Below are positions 34,873-44,022 of a stretch of DNA of 59,483 nt, piece after piece (position 1 is the first letter of the stretch; each line of letters starts with the position of its first letter). The position numbers and the translations under genes were made by a program. This stretch comes from Bdellovibrionales bacterium (GTDB lineage Bacteria > Bdellovibrionota > UBA1018 > CAIMNF01), in NCBI GenBank assembly GCA_040379745.1, contig JBEIKL010000001.1, forward strand, positions 1 to 59,483, in the 5' to 3' direction. The notes beneath the pieces were generated by a model. That model did no database searches, had not been told where the DNA came from, and was given only the letters and a program-made list of their open reading frames with translations.

Positions 34873-37800
34873 TCAATCCACATCCGGCAGTTTTGTCGAC
34901 GCATCTACCGGTGCAATCGATACCGACAGGTTCGCCATGATGTCGAGAAGATCCTTGCGATAAGTTTTCGGTTCGACCGGGTCGCGATCCTCCGGATCCT
35001 TGCTCATGAACTTCCATTTGGTCACCCAGTAATAGAATTCCTTCGCGATCTTCAGCTTTTCGAACCATCCGTCATCGGGTCCGATCGAGCGCGGTGGGAC
35101 CCGTTTGATCAGAAGGTGCGCAAAGATGGCTTGAATTTGTTTCGGCTCTTCGTCCGGTTCACACGAACCGGATACGAACTCGCCCGCGGCCCGTTTGATC
35201 TCGCGGCAGAACACTGGAAATCCATCCATGCCTTCGCTGAACACGAGGTGCTGATCGTGGTTGCGATCCAGGCGTAAGAAGATGTTCTCAGCATAATACG
35301 GGGTCGACACCAGGGTTTCGAGATCATCGAGTTCAATCTCTCCCCGTTTCTTCCAGTCCGGATACGTTGCCGCAACCATGACAGAATTGATGAACTTCTT
35401 CACGTCCTGATCCGAGAGTTCGGTCAGGTAGTGCTTTGTCATGCGAGGAATCACTGCTTCGTACTGGTCGCGGAAGAATCCCTTGTCGAAAAACACGGTT
35501 TCCAGGCATTTCGTCGAGAACTTGTCCTGGGTGCGATAGGTGAGGTTCGATGGGTAGCATCGATTCACTAGATTTTTCCTCACCTGATCAAAGAGTTCCT
35601 TGCCAGCAAAGGTCGTCGTGAGGAATTCAACTGTTTCAACCACATCGATATGGCCATCGCCGTTACCCGTGCGGGTGAACAGGTTGATGCTTTGCATGCG
35701 ACGATCGGCTGAAATCTTCACTTCGTCCGGAGAGAACGAAAGGCCCAGTTCATAAACCGCATCGTTGATGTCGTCGAACAGATCATACAGATCATTGATG
35801 GTGAGTCGTGGCAGTGTACCCGGTTTTTCAGGGTCGGCTTCCACTTCATAAGCGGGAAGAATCCACATCAGGCCCTGATAGATCACCGACTTGTAACGAA
35901 GGTCTTCGAGGAAGTATTCCGAATAGGTGCCGTTATTTCCCGGGAAATAAGGCATTCCTGTTTCTTCGTTCAGGACCGGATGCAATGAGGAGACGATGAA
36001 CCGGGTATCCTGGCGTTGCAATTTGGATTCAAGTAAAGATCCTTGAAGCGGAGTTTTTGCAGGCAGTCCCCTGTAAGCCGCTTCCAGATCCTGAAGGTCG
36101 AGTTTGGCGAGTTTCAGGAAGTCGCGGATACCGGCGAGTTTCCAGGATGCGATGGAAGGGGGAAGGGTTTTTGGTTTTGGTCCCTTGTTCTTGTCTAGAA
36201 CGCGGTGATTTAGTGCGATCAACAAACGCTCAACCGTTTCCGGCCGCACTTTCATTCCCGGCCCTTTCAGTTGCGAGAACAGGAGTTCCTTCAGTGCGAA
36301 GTTCGAATACGTGAAGTCCTCATTGTCCATCATGCCTTGGAGCACGGCTTCCAAGATCGCCAGGGTGTGGCTGTTGAGTCCCGCTTCGTATCCGTTCGGA
36401 AGGTTTTGGGATACCGGTTTCAGATTTCGGAAAATGGTAAAGCCCAGTTGTGCCAGTTTCGAGAATTCACCTTTTTCCAAGCGATAGGACGATCCACCAA
36501 TCAGGAACGTCTTCAGGGGACCAACCAGATCATCCGTCAGTCCGAGCTTTTCGAGTTTCCGGTTTTCCGGAAGGAATCGGTCAATCGCGAACATCAGGTC
36601 CTTCAGTTTCACCGAGGAGAACGGATTGGTCTTGAAGAAGCGCGCGAGATTCTCCAGCGAGTCGGAAAGATCCGGTTTCTCACTGAAAGCTTTCCAGGCG
36701 GAATGCAATTGGGTCAGTTCCTGGTTGCTGATCGAATCGGCTCCGGTGGCGAACAGGACCGACTTCAGTCTTGCCGCATCCAACACCATCTCATCAAGAG
36801 CGGCCCAGTTCACCGTACTGGTGAGTTTCATCGTCGTGAACAGTTTTTCCGCATTCCGGATGACCGATCGGACCCGATCCACGCTGATGGCGGGAGCGGA
36901 TGGTTTTCTCAGCAATACTTCAAGTGAACCGGAAAGGGATTTGTTGAAATCGCCAGCACGCTGGCCTCCCCAAAGACTGTAAAGCTCACTGGCTTTCTTG
37001 AAGAGGATGCGGAAATCACGGACGCTCATCTTTCCGCTTTCCTTGCCGATCAGGATCGAACTCACGTCATCCATCATGGCGAAGATCAGGTCGATCGAAG
37101 CGTGATCACTCTCCTGTTCGAAGAGGATCTTCAGGCTACCGATGTATTCCCGCATTCTCGCCAATTGAATCACGGCAACCTTGCCATCACGGGCTTTTTC
37201 GAAAAGCTCGACCAGGTTGTCAGCCATGCGATCGATCACATCATCGCTCCGGTCGCCGTTCATGACTTTGGTCATGTCGTCGATCAGGAAGCCGGTCAGT
37301 CTCCGCATTGCCGGAGACCCGAAATAGCGTTTGATCGCCAGTTGGTCCTGGCTGTCAGGATAGAGGAATGCATTCAGAATCAGTGTTTTCGCCCATCGAT
37401 CCGAAAGAAGGGTGATCGTGCTTTTGGTGTAAACGCCTTGGTCGCGCTTCAGTTTTTTCAGGACCAGTGTGAGCATCTCGGTCGCTTTTTTCTGTTCCGC
37501 ATCGGTCGCGTCGATTTCGAGTCCGAGTTGCTCCATCATCTCGTTCGTGGTCGTGGTCAAGTAGAGTGCATTGTATACTGTTGAAATTGTCTTCAGGATC
37601 GGATGCCATTTCGCGCGCTCGATTCCGAACTCGTCTCCACCGACCACCATCAATTTCATGTATTGGAAAACCTGAACCTGTTCACGGATGACGGTCAGTG
37701 CGCTCGGGTTCGGAGCTCCAAGGTATTTTTCAAGTTCGCCCACGAACAGGGAGATCTCGGTCCAACTCACCGTGTTTTCGGAGTCACCCAGCAGGTCGGC

Positions 37801-38370
37801 CATATCGAGAACGAACTGGTTGAGCCGTTGGCCCGCCATCTGCGCCCGTCCATCCGAAAGGGTTTCAAACGGTTTCAGAAGTGTTGAAATGTAAGGAGCC
37901 AAAGGAAGGATGATCTCGCCAAACCGGTTCAGTTTCGCACGAAGCTTGATGATTTCTCCCTGGGTGATGCGATCAGGGGTGCCGCCCAGTACCGCCGTTT
38001 TCAGTTTGAAGATCGCGCCGACCAGGGATTTGCTGAAAAGTTGGTCCTGGGGAAGGTATCGGTTGGCGAAACTCTGGAGTTCCGAATCGCGATAGTACTC
38101 CTGGTTCACTCCCTTGGTGTATTTGGAAAAGGTGTTCAGAGACTGATCAAGACAGGCCCAGATTTCACCGATTTCCTTTTTGTCTTTCGGTGATTCCCGG
38201 TATTTTCCTGCAAAAAGATTCTGTAGCTGGGCTGGCATCACTCTCAAGCAAGAGAGGTCCATTTGTTTGGATTCGAAACTTTTTTGCGGTTTCGCTTCAT
38301 CACGGATCCACGAACAGGATGTCAGTACGAGCGATGCACTCATCGCCAAGGCAATCCATTTACAACGCAT
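34873..38370 (-). CDS. 1165-aa hypothetical lipoprotein, all-helical, with EF-hand-like loops
   Basis: Lipobox ASLVLTSC. No P-loop or other catalytic motif. Two EF-hand-like loops, TGNGDGHIDVVE (35635-35670) and DRNHDQHLVFSE (35233-35268), plus many degenerate copies. 11-nt overlap with the upstream barrel gene. Confidence 0.7.
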   Translation of the reverse strand: MRCKWIALAMSASLVLTSCSWIRDEAKPQKSFESKQMDLSCLRVMPAQLQNLFAGKYRESPKDKKEIGEIWACLDQSLNTFSKYTKGVNQEYYRDSELQSFANRYLPQDQLFSKSLVGAIFKLKTAVLGGTPDRITQGEIIKLRAKLNRFGEIILPLAPYISTLLKPFETLSDGRAQMAGQRLNQFVLDMADLLGDSENTVSWTEISLFVGELEKYLGAPNPSALTVIREQVQVFQYMKLMVVGGDEFGIERAKWHPILKTISTVYNALYLTTTTNEMMEQLGLEIDATDAEQKKATEMLTLVLKKLKRDQGVYTKSTITLLSDRWAKTLILNAFLYPDSQDQLAIKRYFGSPAMRRLTGFLIDDMTKVMNGDRSDDVIDRMADNLVELFEKARDGKVAVIQLARMREYIGSLKILFEQESDHASIDLIFAMMDDVSSILIGKESGKMSVRDFRILFKKASELYSLWGGQRAGDFNKSLSGSLEVLLRKPSAPAISVDRVRSVIRNAEKLFTTMKLTSTVNWAALDEMVLDAARLKSVLFATGADSISNQELTQLHSAWKAFSEKPDLSDSLENLARFFKTNPFSSVKLKDLMFAIDRFLPENRKLEKLGLTDDLVGPLKTFLIGGSSYRLEKGEFSKLAQLGFTIFRNLKPVSQNLPNGYEAGLNSHTLAILEAVLQGMMDNEDFTYSNFALKELLFSQLKGPGMKVRPETVERLLIALNHRVLDKNKGPKPKTLPPSIASWKLAGIRDFLKLAKLDLQDLEAAYRGLPAKTPLQGSLLESKLQRQDTRFIVSSLHPVLNEETGMPYFPGNNGTYSEYFLEDLRYKSVIYQGLMWILPAYEVEADPEKPGTLPRLTINDLYDLFDDINDAVYELGLSFSPDEVKISADRRMQSINLFTRTGNGDGHIDVVETVEFLTTTFAGKELFDQVRKNLVNRCYPSNLTYRTQDKFSTKCLETVFFDKGFFRDQYEAVIPRMTKHYLTELSDQDVKKFINSVMVAATYPDWKKRGEIELDDLETLVSTPYYAENIFLRLDRNHDQHLVFSEGMDGFPVFCREIKRAAGEFVSGSCEPDEEPKQIQAIFAHLLIKRVPPRSIGPDDGWFEKLKIAKEFYYWVTKWKFMSKDPEDRDPVEPKTYRKDLLDIMANLSVSIAPVDASTKLPDVD

Positions 38371-39673
38371 AAGTTACCCCCAGTCTGATTCGGTCCAGAG
38401 CGCGAAGATCGCCCAGGAATTCGGCTCCCCGATCGGACGAATTGAATCGTCCCGCATTGATCATGTCTCCACCCAAAATGGTGCTCCAGTTCGCAGTCCA
38501 TTGTTTTTTCCAGTCCAGGGCGATCCAATCGCCCGAGACCGCGTATTCGTGAAGAAAACGGGCGGTGATTTCATCCAGTTCGATGGTGAGCTGGGTCGCA
38601 TTCCGGAAAAGGATACGCGAACTGAACAGGTTTTGTTCCGAGTTCGGATTCGCATTCGGCCCGATATCGGCTCCGACTCCGCCAAACGAAAAAACCTGGG
38701 CGAGACGGAAAGAACCGAACTTCACCCACGGAGTCAGGTGGTTCGTAGCGCCCAGTGCAGTGACCGTATAATCGGATGGCAGGGAGCTCTCGGCGATGAT
38801 CTCGTCGCGGATCACCGATAGGCCAAGGCGGGTGGATTCACCGATCTCGGCACTGAGATCCGTGGAGTACACGGCATGGGAAAGGATTCTCGGGTGCAGA
38901 TCCACCACAATCTGATCGAGATTGATGTTCAGTGCCGCCTGAAGAGCCACGGGGAAATAATTCAACGGAAGATAACCCGCTGTTACGCGGATGTGGAATG
39001 GCGCCAGACTCTTCCTGCTTTCAATCGAGCCGAGTAGACTGGGTCTCAACAGGAGTTTGCCGAGTGAGGGAAGAGTCAAACGGTAACCCATCGGAGTCGG
39101 GCGACTGAGCAACTCGTAGGTCTGAGGTCCTGAGCTGACTGAATGCGGGTGATAGAACTGGAACTGATCGTTCTCAATGATCACGTTCGGAGTCGACTCC
39201 GGAATCATCAGATAGGAAGCGAACAGGTCAAAACGGATCGAATCATTTTCGGAAGAAAGGAACAGTCCGGTCAAGCCTTGAGAACTGGGACGGAGTCGAT
39301 CCCAGGAATTCAGTGGGTTCAGGATGCCGGTGTTCCAGATCTCATCGCCCTCACTCCAGTTGATCCACTTTCTTCCGATCGAGAACTGAAGCGGAGAGCT
39401 CGCTTCAAAAAAACGATAATGGAAATTTTTCGAAGTCAGTGCATTCGCTTTCGGGTGCGAGGGGTTGAATCGGAACTGAAGATCGTATTCCATTTGTTCC
39501 GACTGGCCATCCACTTCCGCCCGAATGATGGGAAAGAAGGAAGGCTTGGCTACTTCACGGTAAAATTGCGATTCAGCTCCAAGTCGCAAGTTTGCAGCAT
39601 GAACGGCTGGACCGTTCAGGTAGCAAATCGCTCCAATCAACGAGAAGAGTAGAATCGACATAGTGCGCCGCAT
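38360..39673 (-). CDS. hypothetical outer-membrane beta-barrel-like protein
   Basis: I chose the ATG at 39673 (MRRTMSILLFSLIGAICYLNGPAVHA signal peptide). Alternating hydrophobic/aromatic strand pattern and a C-terminal RIRLGVTYAL. Confidence 0.5.
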   Translation of the reverse strand: MRRTMSILLFSLIGAICYLNGPAVHAANLRLGAESQFYREVAKPSFFPIIRAEVDGQSEQMEYDLQFRFNPSHPKANALTSKNFHYRFFEASSPLQFSIGRKWINWSEGDEIWNTGILNPLNSWDRLRPSSQGLTGLFLSSENDSIRFDLFASYLMIPESTPNVIIENDQFQFYHPHSVSSGPQTYELLSRPTPMGYRLTLPSLGKLLLRPSLLGSIESRKSLAPFHIRVTAGYLPLNYFPVALQAALNINLDQIVVDLHPRILSHAVYSTDLSAEIGESTRLGLSVIRDEIIAESSLPSDYTVTALGATNHLTPWVKFGSFRLAQVFSFGGVGADIGPNANPNSEQNLFSSRILFRNATQLTIELDEITARFLHEYAVSGDWIALDWKKQWTANWSTILGGDMINAGRFNSSDRGAEFLGDLRALDRIRLGVTYAL

Positions 39674-39678
39674 GAAAC

Positions 39679-39723
39679 CATACTTTGATGGATCAGTCAA
39701 AGTATGATGTGTTAAAACACATC
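39679..39723. promoter_or_regulatory. two abutting perfect palindromes in a 52-nt divergent intergenic region; operator-like
   Basis: CATACTTTGA-tggatcag-TCAAAGTATG (39679-39706) and GATGTGTT-aa-AACACATC (39706-39723). The second ends 3 nt before the ATG at 39726. Confidence 0.4.
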
Positions 39724-39725
39724 AA

Positions 39726-42332
39726 ATGGACCGATTTTTGGACAAAATCTTGAGTGATATTGATGGTCTAGACCCGAAGGCTTCCTTAGTGCTCGGGTCG
39801 GGATTTGTCCGCGAGGAATGGAAAACCCTTTGTTTTAAAAAGGGTTATTCTCTCACTGGTTCAGCCATCCAGTCCATTCGGCAAATCGCAGTGAATTTGG
39901 TGCCAGAGTCGAAAGATCGGATTCTGGAAACCCACGCACGAGTTGAACTTTTGCGTCAGGAATTCAAGAAAGAATTACTTCGGGATGCGCTTCCTTTGCT
40001 CACTCGCCACCGTTCGCGTCCTTCTTATTTTGAAAAACTCGATCAGACCTTGCAGCAGGGACGAATGAACTTTGCCCATGCCGAAGAGTCCGAAGTCATT
40101 GAAAGCCAGTTGGTCGAAAAAACGGGGGATCTTCGCAAAAGGGAGGAGTTCTTTCTCCTGAACCGTTACTGGCAACAGTTCCTGATTCGAAACGAACTCT
40201 GGGACGAAGCCCGACTTTATGAAACCGCAGTGGAGCGACTGGCCTCCGGCGATGGAAAACTTTTCCCTCTTTATTATCGGGTCGATCACCTGCGTGAAAA
40301 ACCCCGGATCGAATGGTTCTGGTCCGAGTTGTCCCGTTACGCTGAAATCCGATCGGTGTCCTCGCTGGAAATCATCCGGGAAATCTATCCATCCCTTCAT
40401 CCGGGTGAGGGGTTGTACTTCACCCGAAAACGCGCGCACTCGCTGGAAGATGCGGCGAACTTCCTTCTGGATGAGGTCGTGGTGGATCCCGATCATCGTA
40501 TTGTGGTCATTGAGGACGTACCGGTGATTCGTCGGACCCTTCAGCGGGTCGCTTCCCAGCGCGGTCTCTTTCTCATGGATTCCCGCGATCCGACCTTGGT
40601 TTCCCGCAGTGAGGCGGTCAAGCTCGCGATTCTCGATCTAGAGCTTGTGGCGAGGAATTTTTCCCGCGCATCAGTCTTGGAGTGGTTACGCCAGTTCGTT
40701 CCGGCTTCGGGCGAACAACGCAAGAAAATCGTCGACGGCGCCATCGTTCAGGGGCTCGCATCCTATGAGCGTGTACCGGCCGTTCATTTCCAACTTCGCA
40801 GGGTTTTTGACCGTTATCCATCGCGGCTCAGTCTTGTTCAGCTGGAAAAGGCGATCCTCGAATCGATCCGCATCCATGAGCTTCCGGTTTGGACCAATCG
40901 GGTGATCCTGAGGTTGTTCGATGAGTGGAATAAGTCACTCCGTCAGATCGGCATGCATCGCATGCGCAAGCCCCTGCGTTTCTGGCACGAGCAATTGCGT
41001 GAACGGCTGAAGCAGGTGAACCCGGTCATTGATCCGACCAAGAACCGGAAGGGGCTTCGCATTCACCGGGTCGATCAGTGTCCGAGCCTGCTGTTGCATC
41101 CGGAAAATGTGAAAATCCATTTTTTCGGAATATCCAATTCTTTTTTCGAATCCAAGGAATCACAGGGAGAGTGGTTCAGTGTGCGCGATCAGGAAATCCT
41201 TTCTGGAGAATTCGGATGGCTTTCTTCGCTTGATCGGAGCGATCAGAACCGCAAATCCTTCGATCTGTGGAACCTGAACGAAGGTTCGGTGTTCTGGGAA
41301 TTCGAATACGATTCAAGCGGTGCTGAAACTGAAGGTTTCGATTTCACACTGGGAGACCAGAATCGCTATCCGCTTCAGTTGGTCGGAGCGCATCCCCGCA
41401 TGATTCCATCGTGGAAAGGTACGACCCCGGTTCCGATGGAAGTGAAAAACCTGCGTCTCCCTGTGCGAGCGGAAGGCGAAAAGAATTCCTGGCCGTTTTC
41501 CTTTCTCAATGCCTACGGAAACTGTCCCTTCATCGCCTATTCCCAGCAATTGCTTCGCATTCAGGATGAACGCGATGTGGAGGTTGAGCTCGCCGCCGAC
41601 CGTTTCGGAACCCTCCTGCATTCGGCACTCGAGGAGATCTCGAAAAATCCATCCATCGCAATCGAAGAGGCGTTCGAGATCGCTTGGAAAAAGACGCCGA
41701 CCACTGCTTGGGAATGGAATGAACGCTGGTATCAGGCCACTCGCGCCCGGGTCCTGAAAACGCTGCAAACTTTCGCCGCCGATGAAATCGAGTACCGAGC
41801 ACGTTCCGGAACCGATCTGCTGGAATCCGAAAAGGAAGTGGAAGTCGAATTGTCCGGACTTCCGTTGAGAGGGCGAATCGATCGAATCGATCGTCATGAC
41901 GATGGTCTTGTGGTCATGGATTACAAGACGGGTGGGGGATCGGTCGACGGAACCAAGGCGATCGAGATCGGAAAGAACCTCCAGCTCGGGTTGTATGCCC
42001 TTGCGGTCAGGAAGTTGCTGGGAGAAGAGGTGATCACCGCCCAGTACGTGAAGATTGACGAAACCGGTGTGAACCGCAATTCCGGCTTCCTGTTCAGTCG
42101 CTGGAACAAGGGAAAAAAGGCCGATCCGGTGGAAAAACCCGTTTCAACGGCTCGATCGGTCAGCAAATCCCTTTTTACCGTCGAACCGGAGGAGATCTGG
42201 CAGAAAGTCGAAACAAGGGTCGACAGCCTGGCTCAGTCCATTCGTGAAGGGGATTATTCTCCTAAGCCAGCCGATCCGAAAGATTGCGCAGAATGTCGCT
42301 ACCAGGCTGTTTGTGGAGAATCGCGGCGTTAA
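39726..42332 (+). CDS. AddB-like PD-(D/E)XK nuclease with a 4-Cys iron-sulfur staple and an inactive helicase-like N-terminal region
   Basis: Nuclease motif RGRIDRIDRHDDGLVVMDYKTG. The first cluster Cys is in NAYGNCPFIAYSQQLL and the C-terminal CxxCx5C is in DCAECRYQAVC. I saw no Walker A motif. Confidence 0.7.
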   Translation: MDRFLDKILSDIDGLDPKASLVLGSGFVREEWKTLCFKKGYSLTGSAIQSIRQIAVNLVPESKDRILETHARVELLRQEFKKELLRDALPLLTRHRSRPSYFEKLDQTLQQGRMNFAHAEESEVIESQLVEKTGDLRKREEFFLLNRYWQQFLIRNELWDEARLYETAVERLASGDGKLFPLYYRVDHLREKPRIEWFWSELSRYAEIRSVSSLEIIREIYPSLHPGEGLYFTRKRAHSLEDAANFLLDEVVVDPDHRIVVIEDVPVIRRTLQRVASQRGLFLMDSRDPTLVSRSEAVKLAILDLELVARNFSRASVLEWLRQFVPASGEQRKKIVDGAIVQGLASYERVPAVHFQLRRVFDRYPSRLSLVQLEKAILESIRIHELPVWTNRVILRLFDEWNKSLRQIGMHRMRKPLRFWHEQLRERLKQVNPVIDPTKNRKGLRIHRVDQCPSLLLHPENVKIHFFGISNSFFESKESQGEWFSVRDQEILSGEFGWLSSLDRSDQNRKSFDLWNLNEGSVFWEFEYDSSGAETEGFDFTLGDQNRYPLQLVGAHPRMIPSWKGTTPVPMEVKNLRLPVRAEGEKNSWPFSFLNAYGNCPFIAYSQQLLRIQDERDVEVELAADRFGTLLHSALEEISKNPSIAIEEAFEIAWKKTPTTAWEWNERWYQATRARVLKTLQTFAADEIEYRARSGTDLLESEKEVEVELSGLPLRGRIDRIDRHDDGLVVMDYKTGGGSVDGTKAIEIGKNLQLGLYALAVRKLLGEEVITAQYVKIDETGVNRNSGFLFSRWNKGKKADPVEKPVSTARSVSKSLFTVEPEEIWQKVETRVDSLAQSIREGDYSPKPADPKDCAECRYQAVCGESRR

Positions 42333-42378
42333 AACCTCGTGCGGGCTCAAAAAAAATCATGTTACACTGAAGGGGAAA

Positions 42379-44022
42379 ATGTGGAAAACATTGCGCTCCA
42401 AGGTATTCGGTTTTCTCTCCTTCCTGATCCTGGTCAGCATTGCCGGCGTTGGCGTCAGCTTCTGGATCACGCAGAAACTCAATGAGCGCACGACTGAAGT
42501 CAATTTGCGCACTTTTCCCATTCAGAAAAACCTGATCCAACTCAACGCCGACACCGAAATTCTCAAACGCGAGATGGACCGCAGTCTCGGACAGGCCCAC
42601 TGGAATAACGGTTTCTGGAAGCCGAAGAGGATTCCGTCATGGGTGATGGAATCCCATCGAGACACTTTGGAAAAATTCAAGCCTACTGATTTCATCTCCG
42701 ACTCCTGGAAGGAATGGCACCACCGAATGCTCTTCCTGCATGAACAGTTGGAACAACTTTCCGAACAGACCTATCTGGCCCTGATCGAGGAAAATCAGTT
42801 AAAAGCAGCCGAACTCGGATCCCGATGGAACACGTCCCTCGAAACCCTTCAGAAGGAAATCGACTGGGCAAAGCGCCAGATCGAAGAGGAAACCCGTTCT
42901 TCATTCAAGAAAGTGCAGGAAGAAGTGAAGGACCTTCGCTTCGCACTTCAAATCCTGTTGCTGGTGGTGATCAGTGTCGCACTTCTGATGTTGTGGATGG
43001 GAGAGCGCGCGCTCCGCCCCATCGATCATCTTCGGAAAATGGTGAAACAGGTCACTGAGCGTGGAGCCCTGACCATGGAAGCGAAAGCGAGCCTTCCTTT
43101 GGCATCCATTCTTCACAAGGATGAGGTGAGCGAGTTGGCCCGCGAGTTCCATCAGATGGCGGTCAGTCTTCTCGAGCGGGAAAAAATGATCGAATCGCAA
43201 AAGAACCGTCTCGAGGAGCAGAACAAAATGCTTCTGCAGATGAGCGAATTGCAGAAACGTCTCCAGGAGGCCGAACATCTTGCCGGAATCGGACGCCTTT
43301 CCGCGCAGGTCGCCCATGAAGTCGGAAATCCACTGCATTCCATCGGACTGGAAGCGGAATTGGCCATCGATCTTTTGCAGGAAATGCAGGCCAAGGAAAC
43401 CGATTCCGCCAAAGCGATTCACCTTCGCCAGTCGCTTCAGTCGATCCTGGCCAGCGTGGAACGATTGAAGAACATCACCATGAATTACCTGCGCATCTCC
43501 AAGGGCAGAATGCAAACCAAACACGTGAACATTTCCGAAGTGATTGAATCGACCCTCGCGACTTATGCGAACTCCATTCAACAGGCAGGCGCCCGTATCC
43601 GCTGGTTTTATCCGGAGAACTTCAAGAACGAGGAAAGGCTCGTGGTCAATGTCGATCCTGCGTTACTCGAGCAGGCCTTTGGAAACCTGATCCGCAATTC
43701 CCTTCAGGCAATGGCCGATGTTCGCGAAGGACGGATTGACATCCAAGTCAGTCTTACCGATCAGGAAACACTGATGGTTCAATTCTTCGACAACGGAAAG
43801 GGGATCGTTTCTTCCGATCGGGAAAACATTTTCAAGCCGTTCTTCACGACGAAGGCGGATGGTACCGGCCTCGGACTTTCTTTTGTGAAAAAAGTTTTCA
43901 CTGATCACGGCGGTTCATTCGTCCTCCGCGATTCCAACAAAGAAGGCACCTTGTTCGAGGGCGTCCTGCCCTTGAGTACCCTGGCGCTTGAAAAACCGGT
44001 TGAAAGCGGGGCAATGGCATGA
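42379..44022 (+). CDS. sensor histidine kinase (2 TM, periplasmic loop, HAMP-like, HisKA, HATPase)
   Basis: I chose the ATG at 42379 (AAGGGGA upstream). H-box SAQVAHEVGNPLHSI, N/G boxes FDNGKGI and GTGLGLSFVKKV. Confidence 0.85.
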   Translation: MWKTLRSKVFGFLSFLILVSIAGVGVSFWITQKLNERTTEVNLRTFPIQKNLIQLNADTEILKREMDRSLGQAHWNNGFWKPKRIPSWVMESHRDTLEKFKPTDFISDSWKEWHHRMLFLHEQLEQLSEQTYLALIEENQLKAAELGSRWNTSLETLQKEIDWAKRQIEEETRSSFKKVQEEVKDLRFALQILLLVVISVALLMLWMGERALRPIDHLRKMVKQVTERGALTMEAKASLPLASILHKDEVSELAREFHQMAVSLLEREKMIESQKNRLEEQNKMLLQMSELQKRLQEAEHLAGIGRLSAQVAHEVGNPLHSIGLEAELAIDLLQEMQAKETDSAKAIHLRQSLQSILASVERLKNITMNYLRISKGRMQTKHVNISEVIESTLATYANSIQQAGARIRWFYPENFKNEERLVVNVDPALLEQAFGNLIRNSLQAMADVREGRIDIQVSLTDQETLMVQFFDNGKGIVSSDRENIFKPFFTTKADGTGLGLSFVKKVFTDHGGSFVLRDSNKEGTLFEGVLPLSTLALEKPVESGAMA

